Shown here piece by piece: positions 1-14,300 of a stretch of 64,000 nt of DNA. Below the pieces are notes generated by a model. The model saw only the letters and a program-made list of their open reading frames with translations. It was not told where the DNA came from and ran no database searches. The position numbers and the translations under genes are program-made. The DNA lies in the NCBI GenBank assembly GCA_964016885.1, contig OZ024744.1:132990001-133054000 (forward strand), read 5' to 3'. Source of the stretch: Eledone cirrhosa. Its lineage: Eukaryota. Numbering within the stretch: the stretch's first letter is position 1; every line of letters starts with the position of its first letter.

Positions 1-1369
1 CTTAACTGAACCCCAACTTAATTTAACCCCAACTTAAATAAACCCCAACTTAACTTAACCCCAACTTAACTTAACCCCAGCTTAACTTAACCCCAACTTA
101 ACTCAGCCCCAACTTAACTTAGCCCCAACTTAACTTAACCCCAACTTAACTTAACCCCAACTTAACTTAACCCCAACTTAACTTAACCCCAACTTAACTT
201 AACCCCAACTTAACTTAAACCCAACTTAACTTAACCCCAACTTAAATTATCCCCAACTTAACTTATCCTCAACTTAACTTAACCCCAACTTAACTTAACC
301 CCAACTTAAATTAACCCCAACTTAACTTAACCCCAACTTAACTTAACCCCGACTTAACTTAACCCCAACTTAACTTAACCCCAACTTAACTTAACCCCAA
401 CTTAACTTAACCACAAATTAACTTAACCCCAACTTCACTTAACCCCAACTTAACTTAACCCCAACTTAACTTAACCCCAACTTAACTTAACCCCAACTTA
501 ACTTAACCCTAACTTAACTTAACCCCAACTTAACCCCGACTTAACTTGACCCCAACTTAACTTAACCCCAACTTAACTCAACCCCAACTTAACTTAACCC
601 CAACTTAACTCAGCCCCAACTTAACTCAGCCCCAACTTAACTTAGCCACAACTTAACTTAACACCAACTTAACTTAACCCCAACTTAACTTAACCCCAAC
701 TTAACTCAATCCCAACTTAAATTAACCCCATCTTAACTTAACCCCAACTTAACTTAACCCCAACTTAATTAACCCCAACTTAAATTAACCCCAACTTAAC
801 TTAACACCAACTTAACGTAACCCCAACTTAAATAAACCCCAACTTAAATTAACCCCAACTTAACTTAACCCCAACTTAACTTAACCCCAACTTAACTTAT
901 CCCCAACTTAACTTAACCCCAACTTAACTTAAACCCAACTTAACTTAACCCCAACTTAAATTATCCCCAACTTAACTTATCCCCAACTTAACTTAACCAC
1001 AAATTAACTTAACCCCAACTTAACTTAACCCCAACTTAACTTAACCCCAACTTAACTTAACCCCAACTTAACTTAACCCCAAATTAACTTAAACCTAACT
1101 TAACTTAACCCCAACTTAACCCCAACTTAACTTGACCCCAACTTAACTTAACCCCAACTTAACTCAACCCCAACTTAACTTAACCCCAACTTAACTCAGC
1201 CCCAACTTAACTCAGCCCCAACTTAACTTAGCCCCAACTTAACTTAACCCCAACTTAACCTATCCCCAACTTAACTGAACCCCAACTTAACTTAACCCCA
1301 ACTTAATATAACCCCAACTTAACTTAACCCCAACTTAACTCAACCCCAACTTAAATTAACCCCAACTTA

Positions 1370-3920
1370 ACTTAACCCCAACTTAACTTAACCCCAACTT
1401 AATTAACCCCAACTTAAATTAACCCCAACTTAACTTAACACCAACTTAACGTAACCCCAACTTAATTTAACCCCAACTTAAATTAACCCCAACTTAACTT
1501 GCCCCCAACTTAACTTACCCCCAACTTAACTTAACCCCAACTTAATTTAACCCCAACTTAATTTAAGCCCAAATTAACTTAAACCCAACTTAAATTAACC
1601 CCAACTTAACTTAACCCCAAATTAACTCAACCCCAACTTAACTCAACCCCAACTTAACTTAACCCCAAATTAACTTAACCACAAATTAACTTAGCCCCAA
1701 CTTAAATTAACCCCAACTTAACTCAACCACAACTTAACTTAACCCCGACTTAACTTAACCCCACCTTAACTTAACCTCAACTTAACTTAACTGCAACTTA
1801 ACTTAACCCCAACTTAACTTAACCCCAACTTAACTCAACACCAACTTAACTCAACCCCAACTTAACTCAACCCCAATTTAACTCAACCCCAACTTAACTC
1901 AACCCCAACTTAACTTAACCCCAACTTAACTGAACCCTAACTTAACTTAACCCCGACTTAACTTAACCCCGACTTAACTTAACCCCAACTTAACTTAACC
2001 CCAACTTAACTTAACCCCAACTTAACTTAACCCCAACTTAATTTAACCCCATCTTAACCCCAACTTAACTTAACCCCAACTTAACTGAACCCCAACTTAA
2101 CTTAACCCCAACTTATATAAACCCCAACTTAACTTAACCCCAACTTAACTTAACCCCAACTTAACTTAACCCCAACTTAACTTAACACCAACTTAACGTA
2201 ACCCCAACTTAATTTAACCCCAACTTAAATTAACCCCAACTTAACTTGCCCCCAACTTAACTTACCCCCAACTTAACTTCACCCCACCTTAATTTAACCC
2301 CAACTTAATTTAACCCCTACTTAACTTAAACCCAACTTAACTTAACCCCAACTTAACTTAACCCCAAATTAACTCAACCCCAACTTAACTCAACCCCAAC
2401 TTAACTTAACCCCAACTTAACTTAACCCCAACTTAACTTAACCACAAATTAACTTAGCCCCAACTTAAATTAACCCCAACTTAACTCAACCACAACTTAA
2501 CTTAACCCCGACTTAACTTAACCCCACCTTAACTTAACCTCAACTTAACTTAACTGCAACTTAACTTAACCCCAACTTAACTTAACCCCAACTTAACTCA
2601 ACACCAACTTAACTCAACCCCAACTTAACTCAACCCCAACTTAACTTAACCCCAACTTAACTTAACCCCAACTTAATTAACCCCAACTTAAATTAACCCC
2701 AACTTAACTTAACACCAACTTAACGTAACCCCAACTTAATTTAACCCCAACTTAAATTAACCCCAACTTAACTTGCCCCCAACTTAACTTACCCCCAACT
2801 TAACTTAACCCCAACTTAATTTAACCCCAACTTAATTTAAGCCCAAATTAACTTAAACCCAACTTAAATTAACCCCAACTTAACTTAACCCCAAATTAAC
2901 TCAACCCCAACTTAACTCAACCCCAACTTAACTTAACCCCAAATTAACTTAACCACAAATTAACTTAGCCCCAACTTAAATTAACCCCAACTTAACTCAA
3001 CCACAACTTAACTTAACCCCGACTTAACTTAACCCCACCTTAACTTAACCTCAACTTAACTTAACTGCAACTTAACTTAACCCCAACTTAACTTAACCCC
3101 AACTTAACTCAACACCAACTTAACTCAACCCCAACTTAACTCAACCCCAATTTAACTCAACCCCAACTTAACTCAACCCCAACTTAACTTAACCCCAACT
3201 TAACTGAACCCTAACTTAACTTAACCCCGACTTAACTTAACCCCGACTTAACTTAACCCCAACTTAACTTAACCCCAACTTAACTTAACCCCAACTTAAC
3301 TTAACCCCAACTTAATTTAACCCCATCTTAACCCCAACTTAACTTAACCCCAACTTAACTGAACCCCAACTTAACTTAACCCCAACTTATATAAACCCCA
3401 ACTTAACTTAACCCCAACTTAACTTAACCCCAACTTAACTTAACCCCAACTTAACTTAACACCAACTTAACGTAACCCCAACTTAATTTAACCCCAACTT
3501 AAATTAACCCCAACTTAACTTGCCCCCAACTTAACTTACCCCCAACTTAACTTCACCCCACCTTAATTTAACCCCAACTTAATTTAACCCCTACTTAACT
3601 TAAACCCAACTTAACTTAACCCCAACTTAACTTAACCCCAAATTAACTCAACCCCAACTTAACTCAACCCCAACTTAACTTAACCCCAACTTAACTTAAC
3701 CCCAACTTAACTTAACCACAAATTAACTTAGCCCCAACTTAAATTAACCCCAACTTAACTCAACCACAACTTAACTTAACCCCGACTTAACTTAACCCCA
3801 CCTTAACTTAACCTCAACTTAACTTAACTGCAACTTAACTTAACCCCAACTTAACTTAACCCCAACTTAACTCAACACCAACTTAACTCAACCCCAACTT
3901 AACTCAACCCCAACTTAACT
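1370..3920 (+). repeat. Higher-order tandem duplication, unit about 1274 bp, 2 copies
   Basis: Variant markers recur at offset 1274: AATTAACCCC at 1401/2675 and TTATATAAACCCC at 2113/3387. AAGCCCAAATT, TTCACCCCACC and AACCCCTAC follow in the same order. Boundaries approximate. Confidence 0.85.
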
Positions 3921-4994
3921 TAACCCCAACTTAACTGAACCCTAACTTAACTTAACCCCGACTTAAATTAACCCCGACTTAACTTAACCCCAACTTAACT
4001 TAACCCCAACTTAACTTAACCCCAACTTAACTTAACCCCAACTTAACTTAACCCCAACTTAAATTAACCCCAACTTAACTTAAACTCAACTTAACTAACC
4101 AACTTAACTTAACCCCAACTTAACTTAAACCCAACTTAACTTAACCCCAACTTAACTTAGCCCCAACTTAACTTAACCCCAACTTAACTTAACCCCAAAT
4201 TAAATTAACCTCAACTTAACTTAACCCCAACTTAACTTAACCCCGACTTAACTTAACCCCAACTTAACTTAACCCCAACTTAACTTAGCCCCAACTTAAC
4301 TTAGCCCCAACTTAACTTAGCCCCAACTTAACTTAACCCCAACTTAACTTAACCGCACCTTAACTTAACCTCAACTTAACTTAACTGCAACTTAACTTAA
4401 CCCCAACTTAACTTAACCCCAACTTAACTCAAAACCAACTTAACTCAACCCCAACTTAACTCAACCCCAATTTAACTCAACCCCAACTTAACTCAACCCC
4501 AACTTAACTTAACCCCAACTTAACTGAACCCTAACTTAACTTAACCCCGACTTAACTTAACCCCGACTTAACTTAACCCCAACTTAACTTAACCCCAACT
4601 TAACTTAACCCCAACTTAACTTAACCCCAACTTAATTTAACCCCATCTTAACCCCAACTTATCTTAACCCCAACTTAACTGAACCCCAACTTAATTTAAC
4701 CCCAACTTAAATAAACCCCAACTTAACTTAACCCCAACTTAACTTAACCCCAGCTTAACTTAACCCCAACTTAACTCAGCCCCAACTTAACTTAGCCCCA
4801 ACTTAACTTAACCCCAACTTAACTTAACCCCAACTTAACTTAACCCCAACTTAACTTAACCCCAACTTAACTTAACCCCAACTTAACTTAAACCCAACTT
4901 AACTTAACCCCAACTTAAATTATCCCCAACTTAACTTATCCTCAACTTAACTTAACCCCAACTTAAATTAACCCCATCTTAACTTAACCCCAAC

Positions 4995-7900
4995 TTAACT
5001 TAACCCCAACTTAATTAACCCCAACTTAAATTAACCCCAACTTAACTTAACACCAACTTAACGTAACCCCAACTTAAATAAACCCCAACTTAAATTAGCC
5101 CCAACTTAACTTAACCCCAACTTAACTTAACCCCAACTTAACTCAGCCCCAACTTAACTTAGCCTCAACTTAACTTAACCCCAACTTAACTTAACCCCAA
5201 CTTAACTTATCCCCAACTTAACTTAACCCCAACTTAACTTAAACCCAACTTAACTTAACCCCAACTTAAATTATCCCCAACTTAACTTATCCCCAACTTA
5301 ACTTAACCCCAACTTAAATTAACCCCAACTTAACTTAACCCCAACTTAATTTAACCCCAACTTAACTTAACCCCAACTTAACTTAACCCCAACTTAACTT
5401 AACCACAAATTAACTTAACCCCAACTTAACTTAACCCCAACTTAACTTAACCCCAACTTAACTTAACCCCAACTTAACTTAACCCCAACTTAACTTAAAC
5501 CTAACTTAACTTAACCCCAACTTAACCCCAACTTAACTTGACCCCAACTTAACTTAACCCCAACTTAACTCAACCCCAACTTAACTTAACCCCAACTTAA
5601 CTCAGCCCCAACTTAACTCAGCCCCAACTTAACTTAGCCCCAACTTAACTTAACCCCAACTTAACTTATCCCCAACTTAACTGAACCCCAACTTAACTTA
5701 ACCCCAACTTAATATAACCCCAACTTAACTTAACCCCAACTTAACTCAACCGCAACTTAAATTAACCCCATCTTAACTTAACCCCAACTTAACTTAACCC
5801 CAACTTAATTAACCCCAACTTAAATTAACCCCAACTTAACTTAACACCAACTTAACGTAACCCCAACTTAAATAAACCCCAACTTAAATTAATCCCAACT
5901 TAACTTAACCCCAACTTAACTTAACCCCAACTTAACTCAGCGCCAACTTAACTTAGCCACAACTTAACTTAACACCAACTTAACTTAACCCCAACTTAAC
6001 TTAACCCCAACTTAACTTAACCCCAACTTAACTTATCCCCAACTTAACTGAACCCCAACTTAACTTAACCCCAACTTAATATAACCCCAACTTAACTTAA
6101 CCCCAACTTAACTCAACCCCAACTTAAATTAACCCCATCTTAACTTAACCCCAACTTAACTTAACCCCAACTTAATTAACCCCAACTTAAATTAACCCCA
6201 ACTTAACTTAACACCAACTTAACGTAACCCCAACTTAAATAAACCCCAACTTAAATTAACCCCAACTTAACTTAACCCCAACTTAACTTAACCCCGACTT
6301 AACTTAACCCCAACTTAACTTAAGCCCAACTTAACTTAACCCCAACTTAACTTAACCACAAATTAACTTAACCCCAACTTAACTTAACCCCAACTTAACT
6401 TAACCCCAACTTAACTTAACCCCAACTTAACTTAAACCTAACTTAACTTAACCCCAACTTAACCCCAACTTAACTTGACCCCAACTTAACTTAACCCCAA
6501 CTTAAATTAACCCCAACTTAACTTAAACCCAACTTAACTTAACCCCGACTTAACTTAACCCCAACTTAACTTAACCCCAACTTAACTTAACCCCAACTTA
6601 ACTTAACCACAAATTAACTTAACCCCAACTTAACTTAACCCCAACTTAATTTAACCCCAACTTAACTTAACCCCAACTTAACTTAACCCCAACTTAACTT
6701 AAACCTAACTTAACTTAACCCCAACTTAACCCCAACTTAACTTGACCCCAACTTAACTTAAGCCCAACTTAACTCAGCCCCAACTTAACTCAGCCCCAAC
6801 TTAAATTAGCCCCAACTTAACTTAACACCAACTTAACTTAACCCCAACTTAACTTAACCCCAACTTAACTTAACCCCAACTTAACTTATCCCCAACTTAA
6901 CTGAACCCCAACTTAACTTAACCCCAACTTAATATAACCCCAACTTAACTTAACCCCAACTTAACTCAACCCCAACTTAAATTAACCCCAACTTAAATTA
7001 ACCCCAACTTAACTTAACCCCAACTTAATTAACCCCAACTTAAATTAACCCCAACTTAACTTAACACCAATTTAACGTAACCCCAACTTAAATGAACCCC
7101 AACTTAAATTAACCCCAACTTAACTTAACCCCAACATAACTTAACCCCAACTTAACTCAGCCCCAACTTAACTTAGCCCCAACTTAACTTAACCCCAACT
7201 TAACTTAACCCCAACTTAACTTAACCCCAACTTAACTTATCCCCAACTTAACTTATCCCCAACTTAACTTAAACCCAACTTAACTTAACCCCAACTTAAA
7301 TTATCCCCAACTTAACTTATCCCCAACTTAACTTAACCCCAACTTAACTTAACCCCAACTTAACTTAACCCCAACTTAATTTAACCCCAACTTAACTTAA
7401 CCTCAACTTAACTTAACCCCAACTTAACTTAACCCCAACTTAACTTAACCCCAACTTAACTTAACCCCAACTTAACTTAACCCCAACTTAAATTAACCCC
7501 AACTTAACTTAACCCCAACTTAACTTAACCCCGACTTAACTTAACCCCAACTTAACTTAACCCCAACTTAACTTAACCCCAACTTAACTTAACCACAAAT
7601 TAACTTAACCCCAACTTAACTTAACCCCAACTTAACTTAACCCCAACTTAACTTAACCCCAACTTAACTTAACCCCAACTTAACTTAAACCTAACTTAAC
7701 TTAACCCCAACTTAACCCCAACTTAACTTGACCCCAACTTAACTTAACCCCAACTTAACTCAACCACAACTTAACTTAACCCCAACTTAACTCAGCCCCA
7801 ACTTAACTCAGCCCCAACTTAACTTAGCCCCAACTTAACTTAACACCAACTTAACTTAACCCCAACTTAACTTAACCCCAACTTAACTTAACCCCAACTT

Positions 7901-10900
7901 AACTTATCCCCAACTTAACTGAACTCCAACTTAACTCAACCCCAACTTAAATTAACCCCAACTTAACTTAACCCCAACTTAACTCAACCCCAACTTAATT
8001 AACCCCAACTTAAATTAACCCCAACTTAACTTAACACCAACTTAACGTAACCCCAACTTAATTTAACCCCAACTTAAATTAACCCCAACTTAACTTGCCC
8101 CCAACTTAACTTACCCCCAACTTAACTTAACCCCACCTTAATTTAACCCCAACTTAATTTAACCCCAACTTAACTTAAACCCAACTTAACTTAACCCCAA
8201 CTTAATTAACCCCAACTTAAATTAACCCCAACTTAACTTAACACCAACTTAACGTAACCCCAACTTAAATAAACCCCAACTTAAATTAGCCCCAACTTAA
8301 CTTAACCCCAACTTAACTTAACCCCAACTTAACTCAGCCCCAACTTAACTTAGCCTCAACTTAACTTAACCCCAACTTAACTTAACCCCAACTTAACTTA
8401 TCCCCAACTTAACTTAACCCCAACTTAACTTAAACCCAACTTAACTTAACCCCAACTTAAATTATCCCCAACTTAACTTATCCCCAACTTAACTTAACCC
8501 CAACTTAAATTAACCCCAACTTAACTTAACCCCAACTTAATTTAACCCCAACTTAACTTAACCCCAACTTAACTTAACCCCAACTTAACTTAACCACAAA
8601 TTAACTTAACCCCAACTTAACTTAACCCCAACTTAACTTAACCCCAACTTAACTTAACCCCAACTTAACTTAACCCCAACTTAACTTAAACCTAACTTAA
8701 CTTAACCCCAACTTAACCCCAACTTAACTTGACCCCAACTTAACTTAACCCCAACTTAACTCAACCCCAACTTAACTTAACCCCAACTTAACTCAGCCCC
8801 AACTTAACTCAGCCCCAACTTAACTTAGCCCCAACTTAACTTAACCCCAACTTAACTTATCCCCAACTTAACTGAACCCCAACTTAACTTAACCCCAACT
8901 TAATATAACCCCAACTTAACTTAACCCCAACTTAACTCAACCGCAACTTAAATTAACCCCATCTTAACTTAACCCCAACTTAACTTAACCCCAACTTAAT
9001 TAACCCCAACTTAAATTAACCCCAACTTAACTTAACACCAACTTAACGTAACCCCAACTTAAATAAACCCCAACTTAAATTAATCCCAACTTAACTTAAC
9101 CCCAACTTAACTTAACCCCAACTTAACTCAGCGCCAACTTAACTTAGCCACAACTTAACTTAACACCAACTTAACTTAACCCCAACTTAACTTAACCCCA
9201 ACTTAACTTAACCCCAACTTAACTTATCCCCAACTTAACTGAACCCCAACTTAACTTAACCCCAACTTAATATAACCCCAACTTAACTTAACCCCAACTT
9301 AACTCAACCCCAACTTAAATTAACCCCATCTTAACTTAACCCCAACTTAACTTAACCCCAACTTAATTAACCCCAACTTAAATTAACCCCAACTTAACTT
9401 AACACCAACTTAACGTAACCCCAACTTAAATAAACCCCAACTTAAATTAACCCCAACTTAACTTAACCCCAACTTAACTTAACCCCGACTTAACTTAACC
9501 CCAACTTAACTTAAGCCCAACTTAACTTAACCCCAACTTAACTTAACCACAAATTAACTTAACCCCAACTTAACTTAACCCCAACTTAACTTAACCCCAA
9601 CTTAACTTAACCCCAACTTAACTTAAACCTAACTTAACTTAACCCCAACTTAACCCCAACTTAACTTGACCCCAACTTAACTTAACCCCAACTTAAATTA
9701 ACCCCAACTTAACTTAAACCCAACTTAACTTAACCCCGACTTAACTTAACCCCAACTTAACTTAACCCCAACTTAACTTAACCCCAACTTAACTTAACCA
9801 CAAATTAACTTAACCCCAACTTAACTTAACCCCAACTTAATTTAACCCCAACTTAACTTAACCCCAACTTAACTTAACCCCAACTTAACTTAAACCTAAC
9901 TTAACTTAACCCCAACTTAACCCCAACTTAACTTGACCCCAACTTAACTTAAGCCCAACTTAACTCAGCCCCAACTTAACTCAGCCCCAACTTAAATTAG
10001 CCCCAACTTAACTTAACACCAACTTAACTTAACCCCAACTTAACTTAACCCCAACTTAACTTAACCCCAACTTAACTTATCCCCAACTTAACTGAACCCC
10101 AACTTAACTTAACCCCAACTTAATATAACCCCAACTTAACTTAACCCCAACTTAACTCAACCCCAACTTAAATTAACCCCAACTTAAATTAACCCCAACT
10201 TAACTTAACCCCAACTTAATTAACCCCAACTTAAATTAACCCCAACTTAACTTAACACCAATTTAACGTAACCCCAACTTAAATGAACCCCAACTTAAAT
10301 TAACCCCAACTTAACTTAACCCCAACATAACTTAACCCCAACTTAACTCAGCCCCAACTTAACTTAGCCCCAACTTAACTTAACCCCAACTTAACTTAAC
10401 CCCAACTTAACTTAACCCCAACTTAACTTATCCCCAACTTAACTTATCCCCAACTTAACTTAAACCCAACTTAACTTAACCCCAACTTAAATTATCCCCA
10501 ACTTAACTTATCCCCAACTTAACTTAACCCCAACTTAACTTAACCCCAACTTAACTTAACCCCAACTTAATTTAACCCCAACTTAACTTAACCTCAACTT
10601 AACTTAACCCCAACTTAACTTAACCCCAACTTAACTTAACCCCAACTTAACTTAACCCCAACTTAACTTAACCCCAACTTAAATTAACCCCAACTTAACT
10701 TAACCCCAACTTAACTTAACCCCGACTTAACTTAACCCCAACTTAACTTAACCCCAACTTAACTTAACCCCAACTTAACTTAACCACAAATTAACTTAAC
10801 CCCAACTTAACTTAACCCCAACTTAACTTAACCCCAACTTAACTTAACCCCAACTTAACTTAACCCCAACTTAACTTAAACCTAACTTAACTTAACCCCA

Positions 10901-11390
10901 ACTTAACCCCAACTTAACTTGACCCCAACTTAACTTAACCCCAACTTAACTCAACCACAACTTAACTTAACCCCAACTTAACTCAGCCCCAACTTAACTC
11001 AGCCCCAACTTAACTTAGCCCCAACTTAACTTAACACCAACTTAACTTAACCCCAACTTAACTTAACCCCAACTTAACTTAACCCCAACTTAACTTATCC
11101 CCAACTTAACTGAACTCCAACTTAACTCAACCCCAACTTAAATTAACCCCAACTTAACTTAACCCCAACTTAACTCAACCCCAACTTAATTAACCCCAAC
11201 TTAAATTAACCCCAACTTAACTTAACACCAACTTAACGTAACCCCAACTTAATTTAACCCCAACTTAAATTAACCCCAACTTAACTTGCCCCCAACTTAA
11301 CTTACCCCCAACTTAACTTAACCCCACCTTAATTTAACCCCAACTTAATTTAACCCCAACTTAACTTAAACCCAACTTAACTTAACCCCA
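4995..11390 (+). repeat. Higher-order tandem duplication, unit 3191 bp, 2 copies
   Basis: Constant offset 3191 for TTAATTAACC (5011/8202), CAGCGCC (5938/9129), AAATGAACCCC (7090/10281) and AAACCC (8177/11368). Boundaries approximate. Confidence 0.88.
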
Positions 11391-14300
11391 ACTTAACTTA
11401 ACCCCAAATTAACTCAACCCCAACTTAACTCAACCCCAACTTAACTTAACCCCAACTTAACTTAACCCCAACTTAACTTAACCACAAATTAACTTAGCCC
11501 CAACTTAAATTAACCCCAACTTAACTCAACCACAACTTAACTTAACCCCGACTTAACTTAACCCCACCTTAACTTAACCTCAACTTAACTTAACTGCAAC
11601 TTAACTTAACCCCAACTTAACTTAACCCCAACTTAACTCAACACCAACTTAACTCAACCGCAACTTAACTCAACGCCAATTTAACTCAACCCCAACTTAA
11701 ATCAACCCCAACTTAACTTAACCCCAACTTAACTGAACCCTAACTTAACTTAACCCCGACTTAAATTAACCCCGACTTAACTTAACCCCAACTTAACTTA
11801 ACCCCAACTTAACTTAACCCCAACTTAACTTAACCCCAACTTAACTTAACCCCAACTTAAATTAACCCCAACTTAACTTAAACTCAACTTAACTAACCAA
11901 CTTAACTTAACCCCAACTTAACTTGACCCCAACTTAACTTAACCCCAACTTAACTTAAACCCAACTTAACTTAACCCCAACTTAACTTAGCCCCAACTTA
12001 ACTTAACCCCAACTTAACTTAACCCCAAATTAAATTAACCTCAACTTAACTTAACCCCAACTTAACTTAACCCCGACTTAACTTAACCCCAACTTAACTT
12101 AGCCCCAACTTAACTGAACCCTAACTTAACTTAACCCCGACTTAACTTAACCCCGACTTAACTTAACCCCAACTTAACTTAACCCCAACTTAACTTAACC
12201 CCAACTTAACTTAACCCCAACTTAATTTAACCCCATCTTAACCCCAACTTATCTTAACCCCAACTTAACTGAACCCCAACTTAATTTAACCCCAACTTAA
12301 ATAAACCCCAACTTAACTTAACCCCAACTTAACTTAACCCCAGCTTAACTTAACCCCAACTTAACTCAGCCCCAACTTAACTTAGCCCCAACTTAACTTA
12401 ACCCCAACTTAACTTAACCCCAACTTAACTTAACCCCAACTTAACTTAACCCCAACTTAACTTAACCCCAACTTAACTTAAACCCAACTTAACTTAACCC
12501 CAACTTAAATTATCCCCAACTTAACTTATCCTCAACTTAACTTAACCCCAACTTAACTTAACCCCAACTTAACTTAACCCCAACTTAATTTAACCCCAAC
12601 TTAACTTAACCTCAACTTAACTTAACCCCAAATTAACTTAACCCCATCTTAACTTAACCCCAACTTAAATTAACCCCAACTTAACTTAACCCCAACTTAA
12701 ATTAACCCCAACTTAACTTAACCCCAACTTAACTTAACCCCGACTTAACTTAACCCCAACTTAACTTAACCCCAACTTAACTTAACCCCAACTTAACTTA
12801 ACCACAAATTAACTTAACCCCAACTTAACTTAACCCCAACTTAACTTAACTCCAACTTAACTTAACCCCAACTTAACTTAACCCCAACTTAACTTAACCC
12901 TAACTTAACTTAACCCCAACTTAACCCCGACTTAACTTGACCCCAACTTAACTTAACCCCAACTTAACTCAACCCCAACTTAACTTAACCCCAACTTAAC
13001 TCAGCCCCAACTCAACTCAGCCCCAACTTAACTTAGCCACAACTTAACTTAACCCCAACTTAACTCAATCCCAACTTAAATTAACCCCATCTTAACTTAA
13101 CCCCAACTTAACTTAACCCCAACTTAATTAACCCCAACTTAAATTAACCCCAACTTAACTTAACACCAACTTAACGTAACCCCAACTTAAATAAACCCCA
13201 ACTTAAATTAACCCCAACTTAACTTAACCCCAACTTAACTTAACCCCAACTTAACTCAGCCCCAACTTAACTTAGCCTCAACTTAACTTAACCCCAACTT
13301 AACTTAACCCCAACTTAACTTAAACCCAACTTAACTTAACCCCAACTTAAATTATCCCCAACTTAACTTATCCCCAACTTAACTTAACCCCAACTTAACT
13401 TAACCCCAACTTAACTTAACCCCAACTTAATTTAACCCCAACTTAACTTAACCCAAACTTAACTTAACCACAAATTAACTTAACCCCAACTTAACTTAAC
13501 CCCAACTTAACTTAACCCCAACTTAACTTAACCCCAACTTAACTTAACCCCAACTTAACTTAAACCTAACTTAACTTAACCCCAACTTAACCCCAACTTA
13601 ACTTGACCCCAACTTAACTTAACCCCAACTTAACTCAACCCCAACTTAACTTAACCCCAACTTAACTCAGCCCCAACTTAACTCAGCCCCAACTTAACTT
13701 AGCCCCAACTTAACTTAACCCCAACTTAACCTATCCCCAACTTAACTGAACCCCAACTTAACTTAACCCCAACTTAATATAACCCCAACTTAACTTAACC
13801 CCAACTTAACTCAACCCCAACTTAAATTAACCCCAACTTAACTTAACCCCAACTTAACTTAACCCCAACTTAATTTAACCCCAACTTAAATTAACCCCAA
13901 CTTAACTTGCCCCCAACTTAACTTACCCCCAACTTAACTTAACCCCAACTTAATTTAACCCCAACTTAATTTAAGCCCAAATTAACTTAAACCCAACTTA
14001 AATTAACCCCAACTTAACTTAACCCCAAATTAACTCAACCCCAACTTAACTCAACCCCAACTTAACTTAACCCCAAATTAACTTAACCACAAATTAACTT
14101 AGCCCCAACTTAAATTAACCCCAACTTAACTCAACCACAACTTAACTTAACCCCGACTTAACTTAACCCCACCTTAACTTAACCTCAACTTAACTTAACT
14201 GCAACTTAACTTAACCCCAACTTAACTTAACCCCAACTTAACTCAACACCAACTTAACTCAACCCCAACTTAACTCAACCCCAATTTAACTCAACCCCAA

